This document shows, in pieces, positions 52,731 through 63,665 of a DNA stretch of 64,000 nt (positions within the stretch are counted from its first letter, which is position 1; every line of letters starts with the position of its first letter). The notes under the pieces were generated by a model that had not been told where the DNA came from, did no database searches, and saw only the letters and a list, made by a program, of their open reading frames with translations. A program made the position numbers and the translations under genes. The DNA is from Camelus dromedarius (taxonomy: Eukaryota), in NCBI RefSeq assembly GCF_036321535.1, contig NC_087447.1, forward strand, positions 37,884,001 through 37,948,000. Direction: 5' to 3'.

Positions 52731-53484
52731 TAGTTAAATACAACTGATCAATAAAAAGAAAATATAAGCAATTTAATTCAATAATTCAGCTCAGAAATCT
52801 AGAAAGAGACCAGGTCAATCTAGAAAGAGACCAGTGAATGTGTTTAATTTAATCTCCCTTTTCAACAATCATGTGGAATAAGGGAATTAAGTGGGCCAGA
52901 AAGAAATTAATGAATTAGAAACCAGAAAGTGGAATTGAAAAATAAATATTAAAGGTAGTGCTTTGAAAAGTTCAGTAAAATAGAAATTGTTGGTAATTTG
53001 AATGAGGAAAGGAAAAACACAGATACACTACATCCAGAATGAAAAAGAAGATATAATCTCAAATATGAATATTTTAAATTATAATGAAAATGTACAATTT
53101 GCTAATATATGCAAAAATTTTTAATTAAAAAGTTTTACAAAAATATATATAAGTAAAATATATAGAAATAAAAATAGAATAAAATAAAACAATAAATTTG
53201 AATAGCCATGGCAGAAATTGAAAACCCTCTGAGAGCTATGTTATAAAAAGAACTCTACGAGAAAGTTTCACAGGTCAGTTACATCAAGCTTAAAAGCACA
53301 GATAGTTTTCACACTATTTACACTGATCTAAAACATAGAAAAAGTTCAAAACTTTGCCAACTCATTTGATAACTCCAATTCTAAATAGAACAAAAGGAGT
53401 ACAAAATCCTAAATGAATCACAGCAAATTGAATTTAGAAAAATATTTTAGTACACATCCTCTGACAAAAGTAGAATTTATGAAG

Positions 53485-53745
53485 AAGCAGTATAGTGATC
53501 TAAGAGTGCAGACTCTGGAGTCAGATAGCTTAGAAACAGGTTTGTGTCTTGGGATGGATCTGATAGCTGTATGGCTTTAGTGAACTTGTTTAATCTCGTT
53601 GTGCCTCAGTTCCCTCATCCATAAAATAGACCTTTTAAGAGTATCTACCTTATCCAGGTGTTGTAAAGATTGAAAGAGTTAATATCTTCAATTCACTTTC
53701 TAAAGTGCCTAGCAGGTGGTAACCACTCAAAAAGTATCATCTATT
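53485..53745 (+). mobile_element. MIR SINE within degenerate L1 ORF2 remnants (~52740-54290)
   Basis: 'gcagactctggagtcaga..gtgcctcagttccctcatccataaaat..tgttgtaaagattgaa'. Confidence 0.75.
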
Positions 53746-54479
53746 AATATTAGTTGATATTTTTAGAAATATATTAGTCAATTACTATGTCAAAGGAAAA
53801 AAGCCATAAGATAATTCTTTTAAATAACAAAAGATATTTTGATAAAACTTAATATCTGTTTTTGATTTTAAAAATTCTTCCAGTACCTAGTAGGGAGTTT
53901 ATTCATGTATGTGTGTATACATGTATAATATACATTTTATTGAATATGCAAGAAGTTCTACATAATATAATAAGAATACAAATATGAAATGTGATTTACT
54001 GTTGTTTATAGATGATGCAATTGTCTACCTGGAAAACCCAATGCAAATCGAAATCCAACAAGATTTTTAAAAAATTGATAATTATCCTAACTACCCTCTG
54101 GAAAAATAAATGTATGAGAATTGCCAAGATCACTTTGAAAAAGAGAAATATGAATGCCTTTGCCCTACTGGTTATTAAACTATCTTACTGGTTTATAAAT
54201 ATACCAATAGAGGAGAAAAGAAAGATCAGAAGATGATCAACAAATCAATGTGGGATGACTTGGTTTATTTAATAAAAGGTATTGGAACAGGCAGACATAA
54301 TCTGATCAGTAATAAAATCTCTGACTGCTTTGTAAGGATAATCACTGTGTAGTTTCTGAAATTCATCATGTTGTCCAGGGGATATTTGCTGAGCCAGTGT
54401 GGAATCTTGCATTAGGGAGGTGATACCAGAAGCCATGGCTTATTGAGAATGGTGCATTAATTCTCTAAAAACAATTCTT

Positions 54480-55096
54480 TCTTTAAATTTTTTATTGAAG
54501 TGTAGTCGATTTACAAAGTGTTAATGACTGGTGTACAGCATAATAATTCATTTATATGTATTACATAATATATATATATATATTCCTTTTCAGATTCTTT
54601 TTCATTATAGGCCATTATAAGGTATTGAATATAGTTCTTTGTGCTATACAGTAGGACCTTGTTGTTTATCTATTTTATATGTAGTAGTTAGTATCTGCAA
54701 ATCTCAGACTCCCAATTTATCTCTCCCCACCCCTAGTAACCACAAGTTTGTTTTCTATGTTGGTGAATCTGAACTGTTTTATAAATAAGTTTGTGTCCTT
54801 TCTCTTTTTTTAGACTCCACATGTAAGTGATATCATATGGTATTATTTCTTTCTCTTTCTGGCTTACTTCACTTAATATGATGATATCCAGGTCCATCCA
54901 TGTTGCTGCAAATGGCATTATTTTATTCTTTTTGATGGCTGAGTAGTATTCCTTTGTATGTATATATGTATGTATATGTGTATACAACTTCTTATCCAGT
55001 CATCTGTTGATGGACATTTAGGTTGCTTTCATATGTTAGCTATTGTAAATACTGCTGCTGTGAACATTGGGGTGCATGTATCTTTTCAAATTACAG
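54480..55096 (-). mobile_element. Young camelid LINE-1 3' fragment with a perfect 14-bp TSD
   Basis: TSD taaaaacaattctt at 54466-54479 and 55097-55110. ORF2-end motif KEYYSAIKKNKIMPFAATWMDLDIIILSEVSQ. Confidence 0.92.
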
Positions 55097-55420
55097 TAAA
55101 AACAATTCTTAATTTATGTATCTGTCTCCTTATAGTTCTCTCAGTTGTTGTTTTACATAATTTGAGGCCACATTGTTGGGTGCACATATGTTCATGGTAG
55201 GTATATCTTCATGCTCAATTATTCCTTTTTCTAGTATATCACACTTTTCCCATAAGTTTTTTTTTTTTGCCTTGAATTCTATTTTCACTATATAAGAAAT
55301 AACCTCACTTATTTTTATTCGTATTTGTCTTGTCTTTTACTGTCCTTTTATCTTAATCCATTCAGAATCCTTGTGCTGTTAATATTTCTTGTGCAGAAAA
55401 ACAGTGCTGGATCCTTTAAA

Positions 55421-55447
55421 ACACACACACACACACACACACACACA
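55421..55447. repeat. (AC)n microsatellite
   Basis: acacacacac.. about 13 units. Confidence 0.85.
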
Positions 55448-55833
55448 TGATCATCTTGGTTTTTTATTTAATTGGTGACTTTAATTTACAAATATTTTAA
55501 AAGTGATATAAGCATTTATTATGCCATCTTTTATACATAATACATTTATTACATAATTTGGGGTCTTTTTTCCCCACTTTCCATTGAATGGAATAGATTC
55601 TATTCACTAGTTAAAAGTTACTCATTCCTTGTAAATTATGATGGTTGCCTTAACTTAAAAAAAGACTTGTACTTATGTGCATTTATTCCTATTAGTCATG
55701 ATTATAACAAACAACCATCTATACCATTTACCTAGCTTAGAAAATAAAACCCTAGGAAATAAAATTTGGTAGAAGACACGTGTATAACCCTCTTTATGAC
55801 ATCTCCTTTCCTCCTCCTCAATATTAATCACTC

Positions 55834-55931
55834 TTTTTTTTCCCTCCTTAACAGAGGCACTGGGGATTGAACCCAGGACCTCATGCATACCAAGCATTCG
55901 CTCTACCCACTGAGCTATACCTCCCAACCCC
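55834..55931 (-). mobile_element. Camelid tRNA-derived SINE (vic-1 type, short form)
   Basis: Reverse complement 'ggggttgggaggtatagctcagtgggtagagcgaatgcttggtatgcatgaggtcctgggttcaatccccagtgcctc..aaaaaaaa' with A/B boxes. Confidence 0.85.
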
Positions 55932-56443
55932 TAGGTTTTTTTTTTTTTATTACTCTTTTGAATGTCATGTTTATTCTCCCTAGAAATTACTGTGTATTTT
56001 TGTTACATACGTATGTAATCCTAAGTTTTATATAGTCTTGTTATACATGTTTTATACTCAAAGCAAGTAATATCATCTAGTATATATCCTTTGTGACTTG
56101 GTTTATTTTGTACTCAATATTATATGTGAGATTTATCCAAAGTTGATACATATTATTTGTATTCAGTACTACACACTGATTATACATATCCATTATATGA
56201 ATAAATCACAGTTAATTTATCAGAGGTATATACTATCCAGTTTTAACAGCAGAAGATGGGAACTGAAATAAACAACCTTTATGATTTTAAGAAGAAATGA
56301 AAATGGTAACCAAAATAAAATAGTAAAAAGAAACAAGGGAATTTTCCAAATTACCTATTCAGCAGATTGGCCTAAAACCCAAATCTCAGTAACAGGGAAA
56401 ACAAGCTATAGTAGCAAAAATAATTTCATCCGCTAATGCCCCT

Positions 56444-57335
56444 TGTATGGGTCTATTTGGGCAGTCATAACAGAATATCACAGACTAAATGACTTAAACA
56501 ACAAAATTTTATTCTCTCTCAGTTCTGGATGCTGGAATTACATGTAATTACATATACATCAAGGTGCGATAAGTGTTACTGTGTGGAGAGGTCTCTCTTC
56601 TTGTCTTACAAATGGCCTTCTACTTGTTGTGTCCTCACCTGACCTCTTCTCTGTGTGTGGATGAGGGAAAGAGAGGGAGGGAGGGAGAGATTTCTGGTAT
56701 CTCTTCATCTTTTTATCAGATAAGGGCCACACCCTTACAACCTCATTTAACCTTAAGTACCTGCCTAAAAGCCCTTCTCCAAACATAGTCACAATAGGTG
56801 TTAGGGCTTCAGTACATGAATATTGGGGGAGGAACAAATTTACTCTACAATACTGCCAAATCATATATACCACTTAGCTATTGCCATAACAATGTTACCA
56901 AAAAAAAAAAAAGCAAAACCCTCAAAGTCTTACCAGCTTATAAAACAAATATTTATTTTTCTTGCTCATGGGAGTGAGGTAGGGATGAAGATGGTCTCAG
57001 TTGTTGCGTGTAGATCCAGAGTTCAGTTCAGGTTTAGGTCTAAGGGCTATTTTTGGAGCCCAGGCTAAAAGTACAAAGGATACCTAAGACTTGGTCTTTT
57101 CAGGGTGATGGCAGAAGCACAAGAGCACAAAACCCAATTACATAAACACATTTAAAGACTCACCTTGAGCCAAATTTACCAACATCTCCTCAGCCAAATA
57201 AAATCACATGACCAAGCCCAAAATCAAGAGGCAAGGAAGTCAATTTTACCCACTATGTGGCTATGCCAAGGGTAACCATGTAACACAACTACAGCATAGT
57301 GGAGATTTGGGAGTCATAATTCAGTTAGCTACAGC
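56444..57335 (-). mobile_element. Two adjacent MaLR LTRs (MLT1A-like ~56444-56850; older MLT1 ~56870-57335)
   Basis: 'cataacagaatatcacagact..ttagggcttcagtacatgaa' and 'gctattgccataacaatg..aaatcacatgaccaagcccaaaatcaagaggcaaggaag'. Confidence 0.7.
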
Positions 57336-57397
57336 ATGTGTTCTCAAGATCTGAGCGTTTGGCATGGGCATTAATTGACACTAAAAGACATTCTTTT

Positions 57398-57835
57398 ATG
57401 TCATTCTAAGTGAAGTAAGCCAGAAAGAAAGAAAAATACCACATGAGATTGCTCATATGTGTTACCTAAAAAAAACCAAAAAACCAAAACAACAAAAACA
57501 AAGCATAAATACAAAACAGAAATAGACTCATAGACATAGAATACAAACTTGTGGTTGCCAAGGGGGCAGAGGGTGGGAAGGGATAGACGGGATTTCAAAA
57601 TTGTACAGTAGATAAACAAGATTATACTGTATAGCACAGGGAAATATACACAAGATCTTACGGTAGCTCACAGAGAAAAAAATGTCTCAATGAATATATA
57701 TATGTTCATGTATGACTGAAAAATTGTGCTCTACACTGGAATTTGACACAACATTGTAAATTGATTATAAATCAATTAAAATATAAAAAAAGAATATTTC
57801 TATTTCCTGGTTCAAACAAAATCTCAAAAAAAAAA
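57398..57835 (+). mobile_element. Young camelid LINE-1 3' fragment with a perfect 15-bp TSD and a candidate 3' transduction
   Basis: TSD aaaagacattctttt at 57383-57397 and 57836-57850. L1 end 'tgacacaacattgtaaattgattataaatcaattaaaa', then non-L1 sequence and a second poly-A. Confidence 0.9.
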
Positions 57836-58477
57836 AAAAGACATTCTTTTGCTGCAGTGGCCCATGTGGATCTGGGTAGTAAAAACTGATGCTGCAGCCA
57901 CACCAAAGTCTCCATGTTGTGCATTGACTGCCTTATGCCACTCCTAACATTTATTCTTACGGTTTTGATTCAGTGCACTCTCCGTTGTGGTTTGAAAGTC
58001 AGATTGGTCACACTCTTTCACTCTATGAGCTCTGAGTAAATTGAGAAATACCCAGATTTCTGGTGGAAACTTAGTACAATATTGACTCTATTATTGGTGA
58101 AGCTGCCTTGTATCCCAGACTACAGTGGTCTTCCTGCTATTGCCTCCATTGGTAAGAATTTACCTACCTAGCCATAGGTACTGCTCCTAGAGAGTGCCTT
58201 GCCCATCTGTTTTGTTTAGTGCTTGGGAAAAAGAAGAAAAGCTGGTCAGATTAATCCAGAGGAGGAGAAAGGGAGAGTGAGCATTATGTTCAAACTGAAG
58301 AAATGGTCCCTGTAGGGGCCTGGAGTCACAAATTGCAGAAGTCTCCACATGCTTGAGGGATTGACTATCAGGGTAATTGCTGAAAATGAAGACCTTCCCA
58401 CAATTAAGCCTGAAGGGTATAGGGCCTAGAGGGAACCTGAGTTGACCACAAACACAAAAGAGAAGGTGACTTGACTC

Positions 58478-59110
58478 CATTCATTACAGAAAAATTTACT
58501 GACTGCTAACTTGTGCCAGGCATGTTGTTCTGTGTGTAGGGGATTCAGCAAATTAACAAAATTACCATATTCCTATTTGTGTAGAAGTTACATTGTTCAT
58601 AGGATAGGGTACAAACAATAAGCCAAATAAGTAAAAAAATATATGTATACACACACACACACACGTACATACACTATGATATTGGGTAATTAGGGGTAAA
58701 GAGAAAAAAATAAAGCAAAGAAGAGGGTTGGGGTGTGTTGGTGTGCTGAGGTACAATTTCAGAAAGGATAGTCAGGGTAGGTGATATCTGAGTCAAGATC
58801 CAGAGGAGATGGGGCCACTGGGTAAGAGTTCTCTGCAGAAAGGTACCAGCAGGTGGAAACAACTAAGGGTGCTGGTGCCTGTGGATATAGAACAAGGAGT
58901 AGTAAGAAGGCCAGTGTGAAGAAGTAGGATGTCAGAAGAGGCAGTAATGGGACTGGTGATGATAGGAAGATAAACTCACACCCTGTAAGCCATTGCAATG
59001 ACCCAGGTGTTTACTCCTTGAGAGAGTCAATGGAGTATCCTGTTTCCAAGGGAAACATGGCCTGCTCTACCTTTTGGCTAAGGTAGGGGTCTTATGTTTA
59101 ACATAGACTG
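58478..59110 (-). mobile_element. LINE-2 fragment
   Basis: 'cattcatt..atttactgactgctaacttgtgccaggca..agtaagaaggccagtgtg..gtaagccattgcaatgac'. Confidence 0.65.
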
Positions 59111-60269
59111 AATGGGAGCAAAGCTCATAATTCTTTGTGCTTCTGAGGAAATAAAAGAGTCAGTAGGTAGGAGGATATGACTTTTCTAACTAAAAAACCC
59201 CACTTAACTGACTGTCCAAAAGTGAAACTGGCTGCCCAGTCACCTTGGAAGTTATAGTCAGGAGCTGGTCACTGGCACTTGCAGCAGATGCCCAGGGATA
59301 TTGGAGCTGTGAAATTCCTATATCAAATAAGCATCTAGACCCTATGACATCCCACATTCCTTCCAATACTGAGTGTCTCTGATTCCATAGCATGTATCAC
59401 CTCAGTCTCCCCCAGTTAGAATATAAGCTCCATGAATGCAGGGAGTTTCGTCTGTTCGGTTCATCGCTCTATTTCTGCAGCTCAAATAGTGTCAAGCATA
59501 TACAGACACTCAGTTATTTGTTAAATATAGGAATTCTCTGCTAAACTTATTGCAGGACCCTGAGCAATGCACTCTTCTTCTCTGCACCTCAGAGAGTAAA
59601 AAGTTGGATTCGATGTCATCTAACGATCTTTCCAGGTCTGCCAGTCTGTGATCCCATTTCATACTGTGAGCCATTGTTCTAAAGGGCTTTGTGGGCTATG
59701 GGGTATATGAAGGGGTGATCCTGGGGAGGAAAGGCATGGATTGGTAGGGGCAAGCCTGAGTCAGAGAGAAGTGAACAGATAACTTCTGGGGCTGGGGACC
59801 AGGGCAGTCTCTGAAAATAAGTGTGAATGTCTCTTTGAGATGCAGGGGGTTCTAATTCCTATAAGGGTGTTTCCCTAGACACTGAGGGTACAGGATACTG
59901 AGGACCCACCCCAAGCATGTTGTCTTTGCCTCATTTGAGCCAGCCTGAACAAAGTGTTCACAGGTCCCTGAGATTGTCATGGGAAAAACAGCAAAAATAG
60001 CAGCAGGGACTCCTTTTAAGTGTATTGAAAATACAGTTTTTTACCTGGATGAAGTGCACAATGAGAACATTTCTTTACATGAAGAGTTCCCTTGAGGCAC
60101 AGCATTACTGTGTGTCCCCAGATCCCCACAAGGCAGTGATTTCATGTCCCCCTGAGGTTTAGTAGCTGCGACCATCAACAGGTTGACTGACAGGGCTCAG
60201 ATTTGCTACCAGATAAACCAATGAGACATGAATTATATCGATTGAATACAGAATCAAATATAAAAAAGA

Positions 60270-60435
60270 CGCATGTTGGGCAACTGCAACAATTTTATTC
60301 TGCATTTAGGTTCAGTTTATTTCAAGGAAAAGAATGTTTTCAATATCAAGAGGCATGCATGTATGTGTGTCTTCCATGCTATTATTTTTTGTAAGTAGCT
60401 TTCACTGCAGATTAAGAGTTCAGGTTCATGGTGAC
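60270..60435 (-). other. CRSP: Terminal non-coding (3' UTR) exon of the CRSP-like gene
   Basis: Acceptor ttttttttcctcctag|GTCACC at 60436/60435. Minus-strand AATAAA at 60321-60316 and 60299-60294. CALCA exon-6-like sequence seems to continue to ~59960, so the 3' end is uncertain. Confidence 0.75.
60294..60321 (-). terminator. Two candidate polyadenylation signals (AATAAA)
   Basis: tttatt on the + strand at 60294-60299 and 60316-60321, inside the last exon. Confidence 0.55.
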
Positions 60436-61027
60436 CTAGGAGGAAAAAAAAATAACAGCTAGAATTTTATTACTCATTAGTTGAGAGGCTCTTGCCATGA
60501 ATTATCTCAATTACTTTTTATTTTAATGATAACAGGTTGATACTATTGTTGCCTTTAATCTGCATGTAGAAGCTGAGGCTCAGAGAGGGTCTGGCACATG
60601 GTCATAGAGTTAGTAGAGGACACAGTATTTGAACTCAGGTCTAAGTTCTGAATCCAGATGTACATGACATTGAGAGGAATACTCAAAAAGGATTGAGTCT
60701 TTGCCTTTCAAACTAAAAACTAGAATACTTACCATTATAACTGCAAAAGAATAGTGTTTTAAATGAAAAGGATCTATATTTTCTGGCAGATGATCTCAGT
60801 GTCACTGGGACATACTGAAAAAACAGAAATACTAATTCTAGGGATTTCAGCTATTGGGACTCTGTTCTTTCTCCAGAGAGTAGAGTCGTCACGATCTCCT
60901 GTGAGTTTTTTTATGATACAGACCCAGGGAGGGCTAGGGTGTGACCTACACCCCTGCAATACCCAGCCATCTGTCCTGCCATCAAGGTACTAGGGCAATC
61001 ACCTTCTTCCTGGAGTCATTTCACTGC

Positions 61028-61187
61028 TCAGAACTGAAGTTCCCTGCTATCCTGGCCAAAGGCTTCGGAGCCCACATTGTTAGGCACAAAGTTTCTCTTA
61101 ACCACGCTCCCAGATCTGCTCAGCCAGCCTGCTATCTTGTGGGTCACACAGGTGGCAGTGTCGCAGGATCTCTTCTGGGCAGTGATG
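61028..61187 (-). CDS. CRSP: CRSP/CGRP-like precursor, coding exon 3: ITAQKR | SCDTATCVTHKIAGWLSRSGSVVKRNFVPNNVGSEAF (61168-61058) | GQDSRELQF*
   Basis: Acceptor ttctccttctataaaacag|C. KR site precedes a 37-aa CGRP-like peptide with a Cys2-Cys7 ring. TGA at 61030-61028; the exon continues to donor GAAG|gtgatt at 61003/61002. Confidence 0.95.
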
Positions 61188-61609
61188 CTGTTTTATAGAA
61201 GGAGAAAATGAGAAAGCCAGTCAGTGAGAGGTTGAGGGTGGGTGCCTGCCCCATGGGACCTTCAGTGGAAAATTACTGTTCTTGAGAGGGACCAATGAGC
61301 CTTAAATGTTTCTGCTAACCAAAAATCATCACAGCAGAAAATCATAGGGCATTAGGGAAAATGCCATAATTACTCCCTGCAGATATTTCCAGAGGTGTCA
61401 GAAAATGCAACGGTGGCTCTGGGTCACTGGCCTTGGAACACAGAATGGTAATAGCAATCTTTCCTGTATAAATAAATTAAATATCAACCAATGCTTTTGA
61501 GACCAGAGAAAATTATGGCATTATACCCAATCTCATTCTTAAAGATATGCCTTCCTGGTAAGCCAGGGGTGAGGGTAAGCTATGTTCTTGGAGAGGTGCA
61601 GGGACCTAC

Positions 61610-61741
61610 CTGAAGTCCTCTGTCTCCTGGTCCAGCTCACTGACCTTCATCTGTACGTAATCCTTCACCATGGCAGCCAGTAGGAGGCACATTTCCTCCT
61701 CGGTGAGTGTAGCAGGATCAAAGTCACTCTCCAAGTCTGAC
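61610..61741 (-). CDS. CRSP: CRSP/CGRP-like precursor, coding exon 2 (gene exon 3): N-terminal propeptide [43 protein letters not shown](S)
   Basis: Acceptor ccttcctag|G and donor TTCAG|gtaggt; 132 nt, phase 2-2. Matches the procalcitonin-type '[25 protein letters not shown]' motif. Confidence 0.95.
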
Positions 61742-61939
61742 CTAGGAAGGGGAAGCAAGTCCAACATCTGCTCTGAGCGTTTGCCTACCTTCTCCCCAGG
61801 ATATAAAGCCAGGTTTCCTGGTTTCTCTACCTCCCCTTAGGATGTGGCTGCCCCAACTTTCAATGGATAGGACATAAGCCCAGTGTCCATTCAAAAATTA
61901 TGCAGCTTCCACAGGAGTTAGGCTCTGTTGTGACCACAA

Positions 61940-62446
61940 AGAAATGGTTTGCTGGAACTGGATCATATAGGCTTATGAAAGCCGATGGTTAGATTTTCAG
62001 GAATATGCACTTAATGTTAAATACAGATATTATTCAAAATAAATGCTAATGATAGTTTGAATCTGAAAATGGTTTCAGTTTAATTTGAATGAGGGTGAGA
62101 AATTAGATGAATAGATTGCATATCAGATTTAATAACAAATTTATTGGCAAAGCAGCAATTAGAATGCAATCTATTTCTCAAATTATGGTTAGATTAGTAA
62201 CTATGTTTGTGAAAGATGCAGATGTTTAAAAGCAGTAAAATATGCTCTAAGTTTGAATGAGGTATATGAAATTTATATAAATGAGTATTGTATACCTTAT
62301 GTCTATTTGTAAATTGTGCTATATAACTTTGTAGCACCAAAAGTTTATGATAAACTTATATACACATTTACATTCATGCATTCATACCCTACCACACATT
62401 CCCCCACCTCCACCCACCAAGAGCCAGATGCAACACAGTACTACTG
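61940..62446. mobile_element. MER63-like hAT element in intron 2 of the CRSP-like gene
   Basis: 'tggtttgctggaactggatcatataggcttatgaaagccgatggttagattttcagga..gagccag..cagtactactg'. Confidence 0.55.
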
Positions 62447-62510
62447 AGAACACAGACTTGTATGATTCCAGGGACTGTAGGGGTGGGAGCATTCCTATCA
62501 GGGCTCTTAC

Positions 62511-62596
62511 CTGAGTGGTGCTGCTTGGAACATGCCCGCCTGGTACAAGACCAGGATGCTGAGGACCAGGAAGGGGGATAACTTCCAGAACCCCAT
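62511..62596 (-). CDS. CRSP: CRSP/CGRP-like precursor, coding exon 1 (gene exon 2): signal peptide [28 protein letters not shown](R)
   Basis: Acceptor ttttcccttgcag|AGAGGCATC-ATG (exon starts 62605, ATG at 62596) and donor CTCAG|gtaaga at 62511/62510. Typical calcitonin-family signal peptide with a phase-2 intron. Confidence 0.95.
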
Positions 62597-63665
62597 GATG
62601 CCTCTCTGCAAGGGAAAATGATGTCACCCTGCAGCAGTTAAATATCTATGAGCCTGTAGACCCAAGCTCTGCTCCTGCCTCTCCCTCTAACTTCCTGGCG
62701 TCCTGGATTCAGGCTGGTCATGTCATTTCCCTTCACCATTGTTTCCTCCTCAGCAAAGTGGACTGCTGGAAGATCCAGTAAGCCTGTAGCACACCTGGTT
62801 TATCAAAGAAACCTTACAAGACAACTGAGTGATGAGGTCTCAGTCCATAGCCCACTCCCCAACACCCACACACTCTCAAATACAAACTGTTGGCCAGGAC
62901 TCCTCTGAGGACAGACTTGGAGTACCATGTCACCACAGCTTTTCCTATAATGCAACACAGAGCTATTCCCACCCCACCCCTGCATTGCGGGGATTTTGCT
63001 CATACCAGGCAGGGGGCAAGGAGTAGAGAGGACATATCTGCAGTTTGAATCTCTGAGAAACCAAAGAACCAAATTCTACAGTTCACCTGATCCACATTTT
63101 GGCAAAGAGTACCCTGTAAGAAGCAAGCTGGTAGAGTCTCAACTTGAGACCCGGGATTTAAACTGGGGGGGAAAATCTCCCAGAACCTGCAGCTGGGGCT
63201 TGCGTTTAATGGTTACCTGCCCCTGGTCTTTGCACCTATTTGCCACCTGCTTGCATTGTCCCAGGCTCCGAACCCATTTCCCTAGGCACAGGGCGTGATC
63301 TGTGAGCGCACAGTCCCCAAATCTATTCCTGCATCCTGCTCTGCAAGAGATGCCTGCGACGCTCCAGCATCCCAAATGGACCTAAGCACGTGTGCGGCTG
63401 GAGACAGCGAGACTGGAGCCCGCTTCAGCACGGGAAGAGTGGAGCTGGGAGTCTGCGAACTGAGAGCATCCTGTGTTACCTGTGAAAGGAGGCTGCGACG
63501 AACTGCGGATTAACACAGATAGCGTGATGAACAGTCCCAGACAGAAGTGGATAGAAATTCTGAGATGGGAAAAGAGATCAGCTAAGAAAAAGTGACGGAG
63601 AGAGAGGGAAGGGAGAAGAGGAAGAGAGAAACACAATCACAGCCAAGCAGGAATCTCCAGCTTAC

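Noticed and set aside
52796..52834. 18-bp direct repeat aatctagaaagagaccag x2
   Set aside because: Simple local duplication within a decayed L1; no sign of function.
44500..60000. Downstream CYP2R1 exons 2-5
   Set aside because: I searched by eye for IFSLDLGG, GLLNSRYG, AGTETT and FSLGRRHCLG coding signatures and found none. A TBLASTN would be needed to exclude very decayed remnants.
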